Assembly: GCA_964489445.1 (NCBI GenBank)
Contig: CAZAYU010000002.1
Span: 77,020 to 141,019, forward strand
Length of the DNA stretch: 64,000 bases
Reading direction: 5' to 3'
Source: an uncultured Planctomycetia bacterium
GTDB lineage: Bacteria > Omnitrophota > Gorgyraeia > Duberdicusellales > 4484-171
Both the position numbers and the translations under genes were made by a program. Below are positions 25,995 through 37,160 of the stretch, piece after piece (the stretch's first letter is position 1; every line of letters starts with the position of its first letter). The notes under the pieces were generated by a model. That model had not been told where the DNA came from. It saw only the letters and a list, made by a program, of their open reading frames with translations, and ran no database searches.

Positions 25995-27434
25995 ATGGAA
26001 ACTGAAGAAAAACTTAATAGAATTAAGAAGGAATTTGGAAATCCATTTTCTGAAAACTACTTTTCTAAACCATTGCTGGCCAATGAGATATTATCTGCAT
26101 TTGAAGAGGGGAAAGTAGTTTCGTTTGCTGGAAGGCTAATTACGAAAAGAGAACACGGAAAGTCTGGTTTTGCTCATTTAAGTGACGAAAGCGGAAAAAT
26201 ACAAATTTATGCCCAGGCGAATGCATTAGGAGCCGGTTTTCAATTATTTAAGGAATTAGATATTGGAGATATTATTGGGGTAAGCGGTGAGCTATTTAAA
26301 ACTAGAACTGGGGAATCAACAATAGTAGTCAAAGAAATAAAATTGCTTTCTAAGGCTTTGAGACCGCTGCCGGAAAAGTGGCACGGGCTAAAAGATGTTG
26401 AAGTTCGTTATCGTCAACGATATTTAGACTTGATTGCTAATCCGGATTCAAGAGATGTGTTTATTAAACGCTCAAAGATTGTTTCTTTAATCCGTGATTT
26501 TTTTAATAACCGGAAATTTACCGAAGTAGAAACTCCAATGCTTCATCCTCTTCCCGGAGGTGCAGCCGGCAAACCATTTGCGACACATCATAATGCTACC
26601 GACGCACAAGTTTATTTACGAATAGCTCCGGAGCTTTATCTTAAGCGCTTGCTAGTCGGCGGATTAGAGAAAGTGTACGAAATCAATCGGAGTTTTCGTA
26701 ACGAAGGGGTGTCTACTCGGCATAATCCGGAATTTACAATGCTGGAAGCGTATTGTGCCTACAATAATTATGAATACATGATGAATACTTGTGAGGAGTT
26801 ATTTTTATTCCTTATCAAGGAGATGGGATTAAATACAGTTTTGGAATATCAAGGGAAAAGGATAGATTTTACTTCTCCTTGGCCGAGGATTTCGTTTGCG
26901 GAGTTATTCAAGAAAGAATTTGATATCAACCCGGATGATTCACAGGAGGTTATGGTTGAAAAGATTAGCAAGAAATTGAAATTGTCCCAGGGATTAAGTC
27001 GTAGTCAAATATTGAACATTACTGAAGAGTTAATTGAAAAAAATTATCCGGATGATAAACCAGCGTTTATTACTGATTTTTTTACCTGGACTTCTCCATT
27101 AGCTAAGAATAAGAAGGATAATCCGGACATTGTGGAGAGGTTTGAATTATTTATTGCCGGGCTAGAAGTAGCTAATGCTTATTCGGAGTTAAATGATCCA
27201 GTAGAGCAAAGAAAAAGATTTAAAAAACAGTTAGATGTTGAAGAAGAATTGCCTAAAAAAATAGATGAAGATTTTTTATTGAGCTTAGAATACGGAATGC
27301 CGCCGGCCACCGGGCTGGGGATTGGTATTGATAGATTAGTAATGATTATTTTAAACCAGCCTTCAATAAGAGATGTGATCCTTTTTCCTCTCCTCAAAAA
27401 TAAAGAGAATGACGGCGCAGAGAATAGAGAGTAG
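25995..27434 (+). CDS. lysS: Lysyl-tRNA synthetase, class II
   Basis: YRQRYLDLI, YLRIAPELYLKRL, FRNEG, HNPEFTMLEAY, YGMPP..GLGIGIDRL. Confidence 0.97.
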   Translation: METEEKLNRIKKEFGNPFSENYFSKPLLANEILSAFEEGKVVSFAGRLITKREHGKSGFAHLSDESGKIQIYAQANALGAGFQLFKELDIGDIIGVSGELFKTRTGESTIVVKEIKLLSKALRPLPEKWHGLKDVEVRYRQRYLDLIANPDSRDVFIKRSKIVSLIRDFFNNRKFTEVETPMLHPLPGGAAGKPFATHHNATDAQVYLRIAPELYLKRLLVGGLEKVYEINRSFRNEGVSTRHNPEFTMLEAYCAYNNYEYMMNTCEELFLFLIKEMGLNTVLEYQGKRIDFTSPWPRISFAELFKKEFDINPDDSQEVMVEKISKKLKLSQGLSRSQILNITEELIEKNYPDDKPAFITDFFTWTSPLAKNKKDNPDIVERFELFIAGLEVANAYSELNDPVEQRKRFKKQLDVEEELPKKIDEDFLLSLEYGMPPATGLGIGIDRLVMIILNQPSIRDVILFPLLKNKENDGAENRE

Positions 27435-27479
27435 AAGGTAGAGGGTAGAGAAAATTATCCATCGACTATTTTTTTAATA

Positions 27480-28646
27480 ATGAAAACAGAATTATTTTTA
27501 GCTAGCCGTTATCTTTTTCGGGGAAAAGCTCGTCATGTATCTTTTATTGGGGTTATTTCTTGTTTGGGAATTGCTTTGGGAGTGGCTACGTTAATTGTGG
27601 TAATTTCGGTAATGAACGGATTTGACAATGATTTAACTGAAAGGCTAACAAGATTTAACTACCATTTAATTGTGGAGGCTGGAGACGATACTGAAGACGT
27701 AAATTTAGCACAAATTAGTGAAGAAATAAGCGAACTTAAGGAAGTTAGCAATTGTTCACAGTTTTTACAAACCCAAGTGTTTGCAAAACTAGGAAAAATA
27801 GTATTTCCTTTGACGGTAAAAGGGATAGATTTAAATAATGAGCAAGAAAGAGAAGAATTCTATAAATATGTGTTGCAGGAAAATGGAGAAAAAGGATTTT
27901 TTATTGGTGAAGGCTTAAGCCGAAAAATTTCTCCGGTAAAAAATATTGAATTTTATCCGTTAAAAAAGAGCTTTAAATCGCAAACAGAAGAAATCAGGGG
28001 AGTATTTAAGGTTGGTTTGTATGATGTAGATAATGGTTATTTAATTTCTGATTTAGAAACTGCAAAATCTTTGTCAGATAACTATCTTATTTTTTTGGGA
28101 ATACGGCTTAAAGATTCGTTTTCAGCACCTAACGTAAAACAAAAGATACTGGAAAAGTTAAAATACAGGGTGTTTGTGTCAACATGGATAGAGTCGAATC
28201 AGATTCTGTTTTCTGCATTAAAATTAGAAAAAATAACGATGTTTATTATTTTAAGTTTAATAATTTTAGTTGCTTCGTTTAATATCTTTGCTACGTTAAC
28301 TACCGGAGTAGTGGAAAAAACTAAAGATATCGGAATTTTAAAATCGCTGGGTTTTTCAAAGCGAAGAATTCTTATGCTGTTTAGCTTGCAGGGAGTATTA
28401 TTGGGTGGCATTGGTACGGCAATAGGCACGATGTTAGGACTGGGAATATGTATTTTTTTAAAACAGTATCCGCTTATTAAATTACCAGAAGCAATTTATT
28501 ATATTGAATATCTTCCAATAGCCATAAATTATCGGGACATTTCATTAATTATGTTTACCGGTTTTTTGCTGTCTTATATTTGCAGTTTTTTTCCGGCCCT
28601 ACGGGCAGCAAAAATGCTTCCTTCGGAGGCGTTGCGTTATGAATAA
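27480..28646 (+). CDS. lolE: Lipoprotein-releasing ABC permease LolC/E
   Basis: GIALGVATLIVVISVMNGF; EKTKDIGILKSLG; PALRAA...EALRYE. Confidence 0.85.
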   Translation: MKTELFLASRYLFRGKARHVSFIGVISCLGIALGVATLIVVISVMNGFDNDLTERLTRFNYHLIVEAGDDTEDVNLAQISEEISELKEVSNCSQFLQTQVFAKLGKIVFPLTVKGIDLNNEQEREEFYKYVLQENGEKGFFIGEGLSRKISPVKNIEFYPLKKSFKSQTEEIRGVFKVGLYDVDNGYLISDLETAKSLSDNYLIFLGIRLKDSFSAPNVKQKILEKLKYRVFVSTWIESNQILFSALKLEKITMFIILSLIILVASFNIFATLTTGVVEKTKDIGILKSLGFSKRRILMLFSLQGVLLGGIGTAIGTMLGLGICIFLKQYPLIKLPEAIYYIEYLPIAINYRDISLIMFTGFLLSYICSFFPALRAAKMLPSEALRYE

Positions 28647-29337
28647 AGACAACAGCCTGGCAGAAAGACAATTGATAGAAGTTGCAGAGGTAGATAAAGT
28701 GTATATATCAGCGAAACAAAGATTTTATGCGCTTAAAGAAGTTTCCTTAAATATTAAACAGGGGGATTATCTTGCTTTAGTGGGTCCTTCAGGGGCGGGA
28801 AAATCTACATTACTCCATATTCTAGGAGGAATAGATTGCCCGGCAGGTGGTTCTGTAAAATACAAAGGGAAAAATATTTATCAAATGAATGATAAACAGC
28901 TTTCTTCGTGGAGGGCTGCTCATATAGGTTTTGTATTTCAATTTTATCATTTAATTGAAGAGCTAACGGTACTAGAGAATGTGACATTAGCTCTTAATTT
29001 GCGCAGGAAAAAATATGCTTTAAAAACAGGATTAGAATTGTTAGAATATCTAGGTATTGAGAATCGCAAAGAAGCTTTTCCTTCGCAGCTAAGCGGAGGA
29101 GAACGCCAAAAAACAGCCCTAGCTAGAGCTTTAGCTAATGATCCGGATATTTTACTTTGCGATGAGCCAACAGGTAATTTAGATAGTGACTCTCAGGCAA
29201 AGGTTGCTCAGCTTTTGTGTAAGCTGAATAAGGAAAAAGGAAAAACCATTATACTAGTTACGCATAATCTAGAATTAGCGAAAAGTGCAAAAAATACGCT
29301 ATTTCTTAAAAACGGACAAATTGTCATCAACTGTTAA
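28639..29337 (+). CDS. lolD: Lipoprotein-releasing ABC ATPase LolD
   Basis: GPSGAGKST, GFVFQFYHL, LSGGE, DEPTGNLD; adjacent to lolC/E. Confidence 0.85.
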   Translation: MNKDNSLAERQLIEVAEVDKVYISAKQRFYALKEVSLNIKQGDYLALVGPSGAGKSTLLHILGGIDCPAGGSVKYKGKNIYQMNDKQLSSWRAAHIGFVFQFYHLIEELTVLENVTLALNLRRKKYALKTGLELLEYLGIENRKEAFPSQLSGGERQKTALARALANDPDILLCDEPTGNLDSDSQAKVAQLLCKLNKEKGKTIILVTHNLELAKSAKNTLFLKNGQIVINC

Positions 29338-29436
29338 GTTGACGACAAAGATAAGTTGCGAATTTGTATTGATGTTTAAGTGACAAGCTTAAAAAAACTT
29401 TTTATATTATGATGAACTCAATAAGGGGGTAGTTAT

Positions 29437-30315
29437 ATGAAGATTTGGTTGAATGGGAAATTAGTGGACAAGAAAGACGCAAAAGTTTCAGTATTTGATC
29501 ATGGGTTTTTATATGGAGATGGCGTGTTTGAAGGTATACGTTCTTACAATTGTCTAGTATTTAAACTCAATGAGCATATTGACCGGTTGTTTGAGTCAGC
29601 TCATTCTATCATGTTGGATATTCCGCTAACCAAAAAAGAGATAGTTAAAGAAATTATAAATACCTTAAAAGCTAATTGTCTAAAGGATGGCTATGTTAGA
29701 GTGATAGTCTCCCGTGGAGAGGGTGATTTAGGTTTAGATCCACGGAAATGCAAAGGGAAAGAGTCAGTAGTTATAATTGCTGATAAGATTGCTCTTTATC
29801 CTAAAGAACTTTATGAAAAAGGGATGGATATTGTAACTGTTCCGACTGTAAGGAATATTCCGGAAGCATTGAATCCTCAGATTAAATCTTTAAATTATTT
29901 AAACAATATTTTAGCAAAAATCGAAGCATTAAACTCTGGTCATCAAGAAGCGCTAATGCTTGATCATCTTGGTTATGTGGCTGAATGTTCGGGAGACAAT
30001 ATTTTTGTAGTTGAAGGAGGCCAACTATATACACCCCCTCAATGTATGGGTACCTTAAGAGGGATTACCAGAGATAGTGTTTTGAAGATTGCGAAAAAAT
30101 TAAAAATACTTACTCACGAACATGTATTAACTCGGCATGAGTTGTATATTAGCCAGGAGTGTTTTTTAACCGGAACAGCAGCGGAGACCATACCAGTGGT
30201 AAAGGTGGATGGAAGGGTAATAGGTGATGGGAAGCCGGGTAAAATTACTAAAAAAATAATGTCTGAATTTCATAAAGTAACCAAAACCGAGGGTGTAAAA
30301 TACAGAATTACTTAA
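29437..30315 (+). CDS. ilvE: Branched-chain amino acid aminotransferase
   Basis: DHGFLYGDGVFEGIR, KSLNYLNN, LRGITR, ECFLTGTAAE. Confidence 0.93.
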   Translation: MKIWLNGKLVDKKDAKVSVFDHGFLYGDGVFEGIRSYNCLVFKLNEHIDRLFESAHSIMLDIPLTKKEIVKEIINTLKANCLKDGYVRVIVSRGEGDLGLDPRKCKGKESVVIIADKIALYPKELYEKGMDIVTVPTVRNIPEALNPQIKSLNYLNNILAKIEALNSGHQEALMLDHLGYVAECSGDNIFVVEGGQLYTPPQCMGTLRGITRDSVLKIAKKLKILTHEHVLTRHELYISQECFLTGTAAETIPVVKVDGRVIGDGKPGKITKKIMSEFHKVTKTEGVKYRIT

Positions 30316-30345
30316 TCCCTAAGCTATATTGCTTAATCTACAATT

Positions 30346-30819
30346 ATGTTGTGTAATATTTGCCATAAGAATTTAGCGACAGTTCATTTTACAGAGATCG
30401 TTAGTGATGAAATTGTAGAAATGCATATTTGTCAGGATTGTTCTAAAAGTAAAAAAAAAGAACTAATCGGGAGTGTAGATATTTTTGATTTTATTAAAAA
30501 AGAAAATAAAGAGAAAAATGATAGTTTGCCAAAGTGCAATATTTGCGGTATTTCTTACCAAGAATTTAAAAAGAATGGACTGCTGGGTTGCGCAAGGTGC
30601 TACAGTGGTTTCCGTAAGCAACTTTTACCGCTACTTAAAAAGATTCACAGTCGCACTTGGCATGTTGGGAAGAGTCATTTTTTAGATGAGAAGCAAGCGG
30701 TTGCTAAGATGACTGTTGGAAAGTTGAGAGAGCAGCTAAATAGAGCTATTAGCCTTGAAGAATATGAAGAGGCATCGAAATTACGTGATAAAATAAAAAT
30801 AATTGAAAAAGATGCTTAA
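30346..30819 (+). CDS. mcsA: McsA (CxxC motifs plus UVR domain)
   Basis: Four CxxC motifs; EEYEEASKLRD. Confidence 0.9.
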   Translation: MLCNICHKNLATVHFTEIVSDEIVEMHICQDCSKSKKKELIGSVDIFDFIKKENKEKNDSLPKCNICGISYQEFKKNGLLGCARCYSGFRKQLLPLLKKIHSRTWHVGKSHFLDEKQAVAKMTVGKLREQLNRAISLEEYEEASKLRDKIKIIEKDA

Positions 30820-30915
30820 AAAAGAATATTCTAGATAAAAGGTGTTTTAGCCGTAATGTGTGGAAAAATAAGCTATCTGTGATAAATTTATCCAAAAAAA
30901 TAATAGGGGAAAATA

Positions 30916-31974
30916 TTGGAAGACTCTATTGATATTCAAAATAGTTGGTTGAGCAAAACTGAATCAGATATTATTTTTTCTTCCAGAATTCGTTTAGCAC
31001 GAAATATGATGGATTTACCTTTTCCTTCACGTGCTGATGATTCGCAGAAAAAAGAAATTTTAAAAAAAGTCAATGCAAACTGGTTTAATACAGAATTGTT
31101 AAACGACTGTCAATTTATTGAAATGCAAACGCTAAGCAACTTAGATAAACAGGTGTTTTTAGAGCGTCATTTGGTAAGCAATGAGCATATTGTAGATGGA
31201 GATGGAAAAGGGTTAATTGTTTCGGATAACCAAGAAATTTCAATTATGATTAATGAGGAAGATCATTTAAGGATGCAGGTTATTACTAGTGGCTTTAATC
31301 TTCAAAAATGCTGGAGATTGTTATCTGGCATTGATGAGTATTTTAATAAGCAGTTTTCTTTTGCCTTTCTGCCAGACTTAGGTTATTTAACAGCTTGCCC
31401 TACAAATTTAGGCACGGCAATGAGAGCCTCATGTATGATGCATTTGCCAGGGCTAATTTTAACTAAGAGAATTAATAAAGTACTAGAGTTATTAGCAAAA
31501 ATATCCTTTACGATCAGAGGATTTTTCGGAGAAGGAACTCAAGCATTAGGCAATTTTTTTCAAATATCTAATCAATCTAGTTTAGGGTTTTCCGAAGAAG
31601 AGATAGTTGAAAATCTGGAAGGGGTTATTAACCAGGTTAAAAAGCAGGAGGAAGATGCTCGTTTAATCTTATCCAAAAAGCAGAATTTGCAGGTGGAAGA
31701 CAGTATTTGGCGGGCATTAGGGATATTAAGAAATGCTCGGATGATTAATAGCCAAGAAGCATTAAGTCACCTTTCTCTCTTGTTTTTAGGGGTAGATTTA
31801 GGTATAATTAACGATAATGATTTTTTTGGAATTTGCAACGCTAGAAAGTTAGTATTTAGCTTGTTGCTTATTATCCAACCGGCACATTTACAATTAGCCA
31901 AAGGTAAAGTGCTGAAAGAAAAAGAAAGAGATTGTGTGAGGGCAGAAATTTTGAGGGAGAAGTTAAAAAAGTAG
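30916..31974 (+). CDS. mcsB: Protein arginine kinase McsB
   Basis: SSRIRLARN, NEEDHLR, YLTACPTNLGT. Confidence 0.92.
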   Translation: MEDSIDIQNSWLSKTESDIIFSSRIRLARNMMDLPFPSRADDSQKKEILKKVNANWFNTELLNDCQFIEMQTLSNLDKQVFLERHLVSNEHIVDGDGKGLIVSDNQEISIMINEEDHLRMQVITSGFNLQKCWRLLSGIDEYFNKQFSFAFLPDLGYLTACPTNLGTAMRASCMMHLPGLILTKRINKVLELLAKISFTIRGFFGEGTQALGNFFQISNQSSLGFSEEEIVENLEGVINQVKKQEEDARLILSKKQNLQVEDSIWRALGILRNARMINSQEALSHLSLLFLGVDLGIINDNDFFGICNARKLVFSLLLIIQPAHLQLAKGKVLKEKERDCVRAEILREKLKK

Positions 31975-32153
31975 ACTGTTAGAAGATTACTGTCACAGTT
32001 TGATTAATAATTTAGCATTGTATATTTTGTTTTTAGGGAAGATGTTGTAAAATTTTCTAGTTATAAGTTCACAATCCTGAGAGGGATTAATTTGATTGTG
32101 TAATTTTTTCGTGTTTTGACTTAAAAAATTATAATTTTATTGAGGAGGGAAAA

Positions 32154-34601
32154 ATGTTTAATCGTTTTACAGAAAGAGCGAGAAAAGTATTAGTATTATC
32201 AAAAGAGGAAGCTAGAAGGTTTAATCATGATTATATTGGAACAGAGCATATCTTGCTGGGGCTTATTCGTGAGGGAGAAGGAGTAGCTTGCGCAGTATTG
32301 CAGAACTTAGGTGTTGATTTAGAACGATTACGCATAGAAATTGAGAAATTATTGCCTACTGGAAGTGCTGCTTCGGTTTTAGGTGATATTCCGTTTACTC
32401 CTCGATCTAAAAAGGCTCTGGAATTATCTGCAGAAGAAGCACGTAGTTTGGGGCATAATTATATTGGGACAGAACACATATTATTGGGTTTATTGCGTGA
32501 AGAAGAAGGCATTGCCTCGCAAGTATTATTTTCTTTAGGTGTTGACTTAAGAAAAATACGAAAAGAAATTTCTACTCTTTTAGGAGGAGAAGGAAGTCCT
32601 CAGCCGTCCGGCAATCATCCAGCGTCTAAAACTCCGGCGCTTGATTCTTTTGGGAGAGAGTTAACAAAGTTAACAAAAGAAGGAAAGCTAGATCCGGTAA
32701 TTGGAAGGAAAGCAGAAATCGAAAGAGTTATCCAAATCCTTTCTCGCAGGACAAAGAATAATCCGGTTCTTTTAGGTGAAGCTGGTGTTGGGAAAACAGC
32801 AATCGTTGAAGGGCTGGCCCAAAATATTGTTAAAGGCGATGTGCCGGAATTATTGCGTAACAAAAGAATAGTAGTATTAGATTTAGCACTAATGATTGCC
32901 GGGACAAAGTATCGAGGGCAGTTTGAAGAAAGAATCAAAGCAGTAATGGAAGAAATAAAACGTTCAAAAGATGTTATTATTTTTATTGACGAGTTGCATA
33001 CATTAGTTGGTGCGGGTGCTGCAGAAGGGGCTATTGATGCTTCGAATATATTAAAACCGGCTCTATCGAGAGGAGAGATTCAATGTATTGGAGCAACTAC
33101 TCTTGATGAGTATCGCAAGCATATTGAAAAAGATTCAGCGTTAGAAAGAAGATTTCAACAGATATACGTTGAACCAAGTACAGTAAAAGAAACTATTCAA
33201 ATTCTAGAAGGGTTAAGAGATAGGTATGAGGCACATCATCGGGTAAAAATTACTGATGCAGCATTGGAGGCGGCTTCAAAAATGTCGGATCGCTATGTTT
33301 CTGGAAGATTTCTTCCGGATAAAGCGATTGATTTAATTGATGAAGCTGGTGCTAGATCACGGTTATCAGTACTAACTGCTCCTAAAGAAATAAAAGAGTT
33401 AGATGAGAAAACAGTGGATATTGTTACTGAGAAGGAAGCACTAATAAAACAGCAAGATTTTGAAAAAGCTGCTCGTTTACGCGATGAGGAGAAAACACTT
33501 CGTCTTAAATTGGAAGCGTTAAGAAGAGAATGGAGCAAGAAAAGAGATCAGATTACTCCGGAAATTGGCGAAGAAGAAATAGCTCGTTTGGTAGCTCAAG
33601 TAACTGGGGTACCGATTTATCGTTTAGAGGAAAAAGAGTCAGAAAGATTAATGAAGATTGAAGAAGAGTTAGGCAAAAAAGTGATCGGACAAGGGGAGGC
33701 AATTACCTCTATTGCTCGGTCTGTTCGTCGAGCGCGGGCGGGAATAAAAGAGCCTCGCCGACCGATAGGTTCATTTATTTTTTTAGGTCCTACTGGAGTA
33801 GGCAAAACACTTCTTGCTCGAGCGTTAGCGGAGTTTATGTTTGGTAATGAAGAATCGTTAATTCAATTGGATATGAGTGAATATATGGAAAAGTTTAATG
33901 TGTCCAGGTTGATTGGGGCTCCTCCAGGGTATGTTGGATTCGAAGAGGGTGGACAGCTTACCGAACGGATAAGAAGAAGACCTTATGCTGTAGTATTATT
34001 AGATGAGATTGAAAAAGCCCATCCAGATGTGTTTAATCTGCTTTTACAAATACTGGAAGAGGGGCGGCTAACAGATAGTTATGGCAGAAGAGTTGATTTT
34101 AGGAATGTTATTTTATTAATGACTTCCAATGTCGGGGCGGATATTATTCAAAAAAGAGGCTCTTTGGGGTTCAAAGCTATAAGTGAAGATATAAGCTATG
34201 AAGATATAAAACAGCTTTTAATGAATGAAGTCAAGAAGACATTTAAGCCAGAGTTTTTGAATCGTTTAGACGAAATTACTGTTTTTCGGCCGCTAAGCAA
34301 GAAGGATCTAGAAAAAATAGTAGATAATGAAATTTCTTATGTTAATAGCCGGGTTGCAGAGCAGAATTTTATGATTCAGTTGTCATCAAAAGCCAAGAGT
34401 TTTTTCATCGAAAAAGGCTTTGACCCAGTTTTTGGTGCTCGTCCACTTAAAAGGGTAATTCAGAGATTTTTAGAAGATCCGTTAGCTGAAGATATTATTA
34501 AAGGGACTTTTTCTCAAAAAATAAAGCAAGGCAGCCAGGAGGGGAAAGGCTTAGTAAAGATAAAAGTAACCCTTAAAGGGGAAAATTTAAAATTTGAATG
34601 A
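32154..34601 (+). CDS. clpC: ATP-dependent Clp protease ATPase subunit ClpC
   Basis: [10 protein letters not shown], two Clp-N repeats, GEAGVGKT and [11 protein letters not shown] middle domain. Confidence 0.96.
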   Translation: MFNRFTERARKVLVLSKEEARRFNHDYIGTEHILLGLIREGEGVACAVLQNLGVDLERLRIEIEKLLPTGSAASVLGDIPFTPRSKKALELSAEEARSLGHNYIGTEHILLGLLREEEGIASQVLFSLGVDLRKIRKEISTLLGGEGSPQPSGNHPASKTPALDSFGRELTKLTKEGKLDPVIGRKAEIERVIQILSRRTKNNPVLLGEAGVGKTAIVEGLAQNIVKGDVPELLRNKRIVVLDLALMIAGTKYRGQFEERIKAVMEEIKRSKDVIIFIDELHTLVGAGAAEGAIDASNILKPALSRGEIQCIGATTLDEYRKHIEKDSALERRFQQIYVEPSTVKETIQILEGLRDRYEAHHRVKITDAALEAASKMSDRYVSGRFLPDKAIDLIDEAGARSRLSVLTAPKEIKELDEKTVDIVTEKEALIKQQDFEKAARLRDEEKTLRLKLEALRREWSKKRDQITPEIGEEEIARLVAQVTGVPIYRLEEKESERLMKIEEELGKKVIGQGEAITSIARSVRRARAGIKEPRRPIGSFIFLGPTGVGKTLLARALAEFMFGNEESLIQLDMSEYMEKFNVSRLIGAPPGYVGFEEGGQLTERIRRRPYAVVLLDEIEKAHPDVFNLLLQILEEGRLTDSYGRRVDFRNVILLMTSNVGADIIQKRGSLGFKAISEDISYEDIKQLLMNEVKKTFKPEFLNRLDEITVFRPLSKKDLEKIVDNEISYVNSRVAEQNFMIQLSSKAKSFFIEKGFDPVFGARPLKRVIQRFLEDPLAEDIIKGTFSQKIKQGSQEGKGLVKIKVTLKGENLKFE

Positions 34602-35503
34602 GACAGTGGATAGCTGTTTTTCTCGGGATAACTTTTTTATTGATTACGAATAATGCTTTTTCTTTTTCGGAAGACTGTTTAGAAATTAATCTAAACGAGA
34701 ACCGAATTAAATTAGTGAATTTAAATGTTGGGGGTTATATTGTAAACGGTAATGTCGCTTACAATATAAAAAAAGAAAATGGCTCTTTGCTGATAAACTT
34801 AGAAAGTAAAGAAATAAAGTTACTAAATGAAAAAGAGACAGAGAAAAGTATATCCTGGGTAAAATTACGTTTGGTAAAAACAAAAAACATTGTCTTCATA
34901 AATCATTTTTCTTCTTCTCAGCTTACAGCCACTGGATTATTGGATTTAGAAAGAGGAGAGTTAAAACTTAATGTTAGTGCAAACTGGCATGAATCTTCAA
35001 AATATCTTCAAGGTAATATTAAACTGAAAGCAAAGCTTTGGGGAAGATTCAGCGATTTCTTAACCAGTGGGTCATTGACGGTTAAGAAAGGTTATTACCA
35101 GGGTAACGAGTTTGATAATTTACGTATGGATTTTTTTGGAAAATTACCTTTGTTAAATATTACTGACTCAGAAGTTATTCTTTCTGATGGAAGCATCTTG
35201 GAGATAGAAGGAAGTTTGAATTTAAGCGACTCCTCTAATATGATGCCGGGTGCAGAGTTCATTGCTCAGAAAATTGTTGTTGATGGCTGGCAATTATTTT
35301 CGGCGAAAAAATCAGAGATCGGGCTTAAAAAAAATATTGATGAGAAAATAGGAGTATCCTTGAATGCAGGACGGGAAGAGGAGTGTTCCAGTACATATCC
35401 TAAAACAGAATTGCGTTATAACTGGCAAGGAGACAATTTTTTAAAGTTGAGAGTTGACGAAGAAGAAACTACTTTTGGTATTGAAAAAAGAAGGGATTTT
35501 TAA
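34598..35503 (+). CDS. Exported beta-rich hypothetical protein (AsmA/TamB C-terminal-like?)
   Basis: Signal peptide, alternating beta-strand pattern, terminal Phe; overlaps clpC stop and mlaE start. Confidence 0.5.
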   Translation: MRQWIAVFLGITFLLITNNAFSFSEDCLEINLNENRIKLVNLNVGGYIVNGNVAYNIKKENGSLLINLESKEIKLLNEKETEKSISWVKLRLVKTKNIVFINHFSSSQLTATGLLDLERGELKLNVSANWHESSKYLQGNIKLKAKLWGRFSDFLTSGSLTVKKGYYQGNEFDNLRMDFFGKLPLLNITDSEVILSDGSILEIEGSLNLSDSSNMMPGAEFIAQKIVVDGWQLFSAKKSEIGLKKNIDEKIGVSLNAGREEECSSTYPKTELRYNWQGDNFLKLRVDEEETTFGIEKRRDF

Positions 35504-36267
35504 TGGAACTATTTAATAAAGCGAAGGAGTTATTCCATTATTCCGGAAGCTTGGGATTCTTTATAAAGGATACTCTTAAGTGGACGTTAATAAAGAAAAG
35601 AGATGTAAAAACATTATTTAGGGAGATAGTTTTTATTGGCATAGACAGCTTTCCTCTAGTTTCGCTAATCGCTTTTTTTATTGGAATAATTATTGCTTTT
35701 CAAAGCGCACATCAACTAAAAATGTTCAATTCAGAAATTCAACTGGCTCCATTGGTAGCTCTATCAATGGTCAGAGAACTAGGACCGGTTATCGGAGCTT
35801 TAATTGTCGCAGCTAGAAGTGGAGCGTCAATTACTGCTGGCATTGGCGCGATGAAGATCAGTGAACAGATAGACGCTTTAGAATCTTTTGGCATTGAGCC
35901 GATAGATTATCTAGTGGTGCCTAAGTTTATTGCCTTGATAGTGTGTATGCCTATTCTGGTTATTTATGCTGATTTTTTAGGAATATTGGGTGGTTATTTA
36001 GTGGGAGCCTTTAAACTTTCGATTCCCTATGCTCTTTATTTTAGGATGACTTTTGATGTTTTAGGGATAAAAGATATTCTTAGTGGGTTTATTAAGAGTA
36101 TTGCTTTTGGAGGAATAATTGCATTTATTTCTTGTTATGAAGGATTTCGTCCCTTTTCCTCTAAAGATGTTTCTCGGGCGGTTACTCATTCAGTAGTACG
36201 TTCTTTTATTTTAATTATTATCTGTGACAGCATACTAACTGCAATTTTTTATTTTAGCTGGATGTAA
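35503..36267 (+). CDS. mlaE: MlaE lipid ABC permease
   Basis: RELGPV...ARSGASITA.IGAMKISEQIDAL. Confidence 0.9.
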   Translation: MELFNKAKELFHYSGSLGFFIKDTLKWTLIKKRDVKTLFREIVFIGIDSFPLVSLIAFFIGIIIAFQSAHQLKMFNSEIQLAPLVALSMVRELGPVIGALIVAARSGASITAGIGAMKISEQIDALESFGIEPIDYLVVPKFIALIVCMPILVIYADFLGILGGYLVGAFKLSIPYALYFRMTFDVLGIKDILSGFIKSIAFGGIIAFISCYEGFRPFSSKDVSRAVTHSVVRSFILIIICDSILTAIFYFSWM

Positions 36268-36301
36268 GATAGTTATAAAAAAAGTATTTTAAGCAAAAGC
36301 A

Positions 36302-37054
36302 ATGATAAAAATAAATAATATTTATAAATCTTTTTCCGGGAAGCAAGTTTTAAAAGGAATAAACTTAACAGTTAACAAGGGAGAAACATTTTTATTGATT
36401 GGCAGAAGTGGTGCGGGCAAAACAGTTCTTCTTAAAAATATCATTGGATTAATAACTCCTGATTCAGGAAGCATCCATATTGATGGAGTTGATATAACTC
36501 AATTAAATAAGCAAAATCTGGAAAAGGTAAGATTGGAATTTGGACTGGTGTTTCAAAGTGGAGCTCTTTTTGATTTTTTAACTGTAAAAGAAAATGTTGG
36601 TTTTTTTTTAAAGCAATACACTGATTTGAAAGATTCGCAAATTACAGAAAGAGTACAAGAAACATTAAGTATGGTAGGATTAAAGGGCATTGAAAAACTG
36701 TATCCTTATGAATTAAGTGGGGGTATGCAAAAACGAGTAGCAATCGCCCGGGCAATAATTTATAATCCGAAAATTATAATTTATGACGAGCCAACTACTG
36801 GCATAGACCCGATTTCGGTTGATAAGATAGTGTCTTTGATTGAAGATCTTCATAAACGACTATCAATTACTTCGTTAGTAGTTACTCATGATTTAGAAGT
36901 TGGGTTAAAATTAGCTAATCGTCTCGCTTTTTTATTAGGCGGGAAAATTATTTTTGAAGGTGACACTCAGGATCTACAAACAACAAGTGACCAACGGTTG
37001 ATACAATTTTTAAAGGGAAGTTCTGGCGGGCCGATTAAGGAAATGGAAGTATAG
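36302..37054 (+). CDS. mlaF: MlaF ABC ATPase
   Basis: GRSGAGKT, FQSGALFD, LSGGMQKR, YDEPTTGIDP. Confidence 0.9.
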   Translation: MIKINNIYKSFSGKQVLKGINLTVNKGETFLLIGRSGAGKTVLLKNIIGLITPDSGSIHIDGVDITQLNKQNLEKVRLEFGLVFQSGALFDFLTVKENVGFFLKQYTDLKDSQITERVQETLSMVGLKGIEKLYPYELSGGMQKRVAIARAIIYNPKIIIYDEPTTGIDPISVDKIVSLIEDLHKRLSITSLVVTHDLEVGLKLANRLAFLLGGKIIFEGDTQDLQTTSDQRLIQFLKGSSGGPIKEMEV

Positions 37055-37160
37055 GTATAATTTTTTGTCTTAGATGAGGAAGGCTATCTTTAGACAATGT
37101 TTAAAGTGTAAATATTCAATTAAGTTATTATTTTTCTTAATTTAGTTAAAAGGGGGATAA

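Noticed and set aside
17382-27470. Intergenic repeats as a CRISPR array or IS ends
   Set aside because: No constant repeat with unique spacers, and no cas or transposase gene in the window.
29321-29348. Hairpin TTGTCATCAAC-N6-GTTGACGACAA over the lolD stop
   Set aside because: Single imperfect instance without a U-tract; no function can be assigned.
30316-32153. CtsR or CIRCE operators near mcsA and clpC
   Set aside because: Only isolated partial matches (TTTGAC, TTAGCA); no properly spaced repeat.
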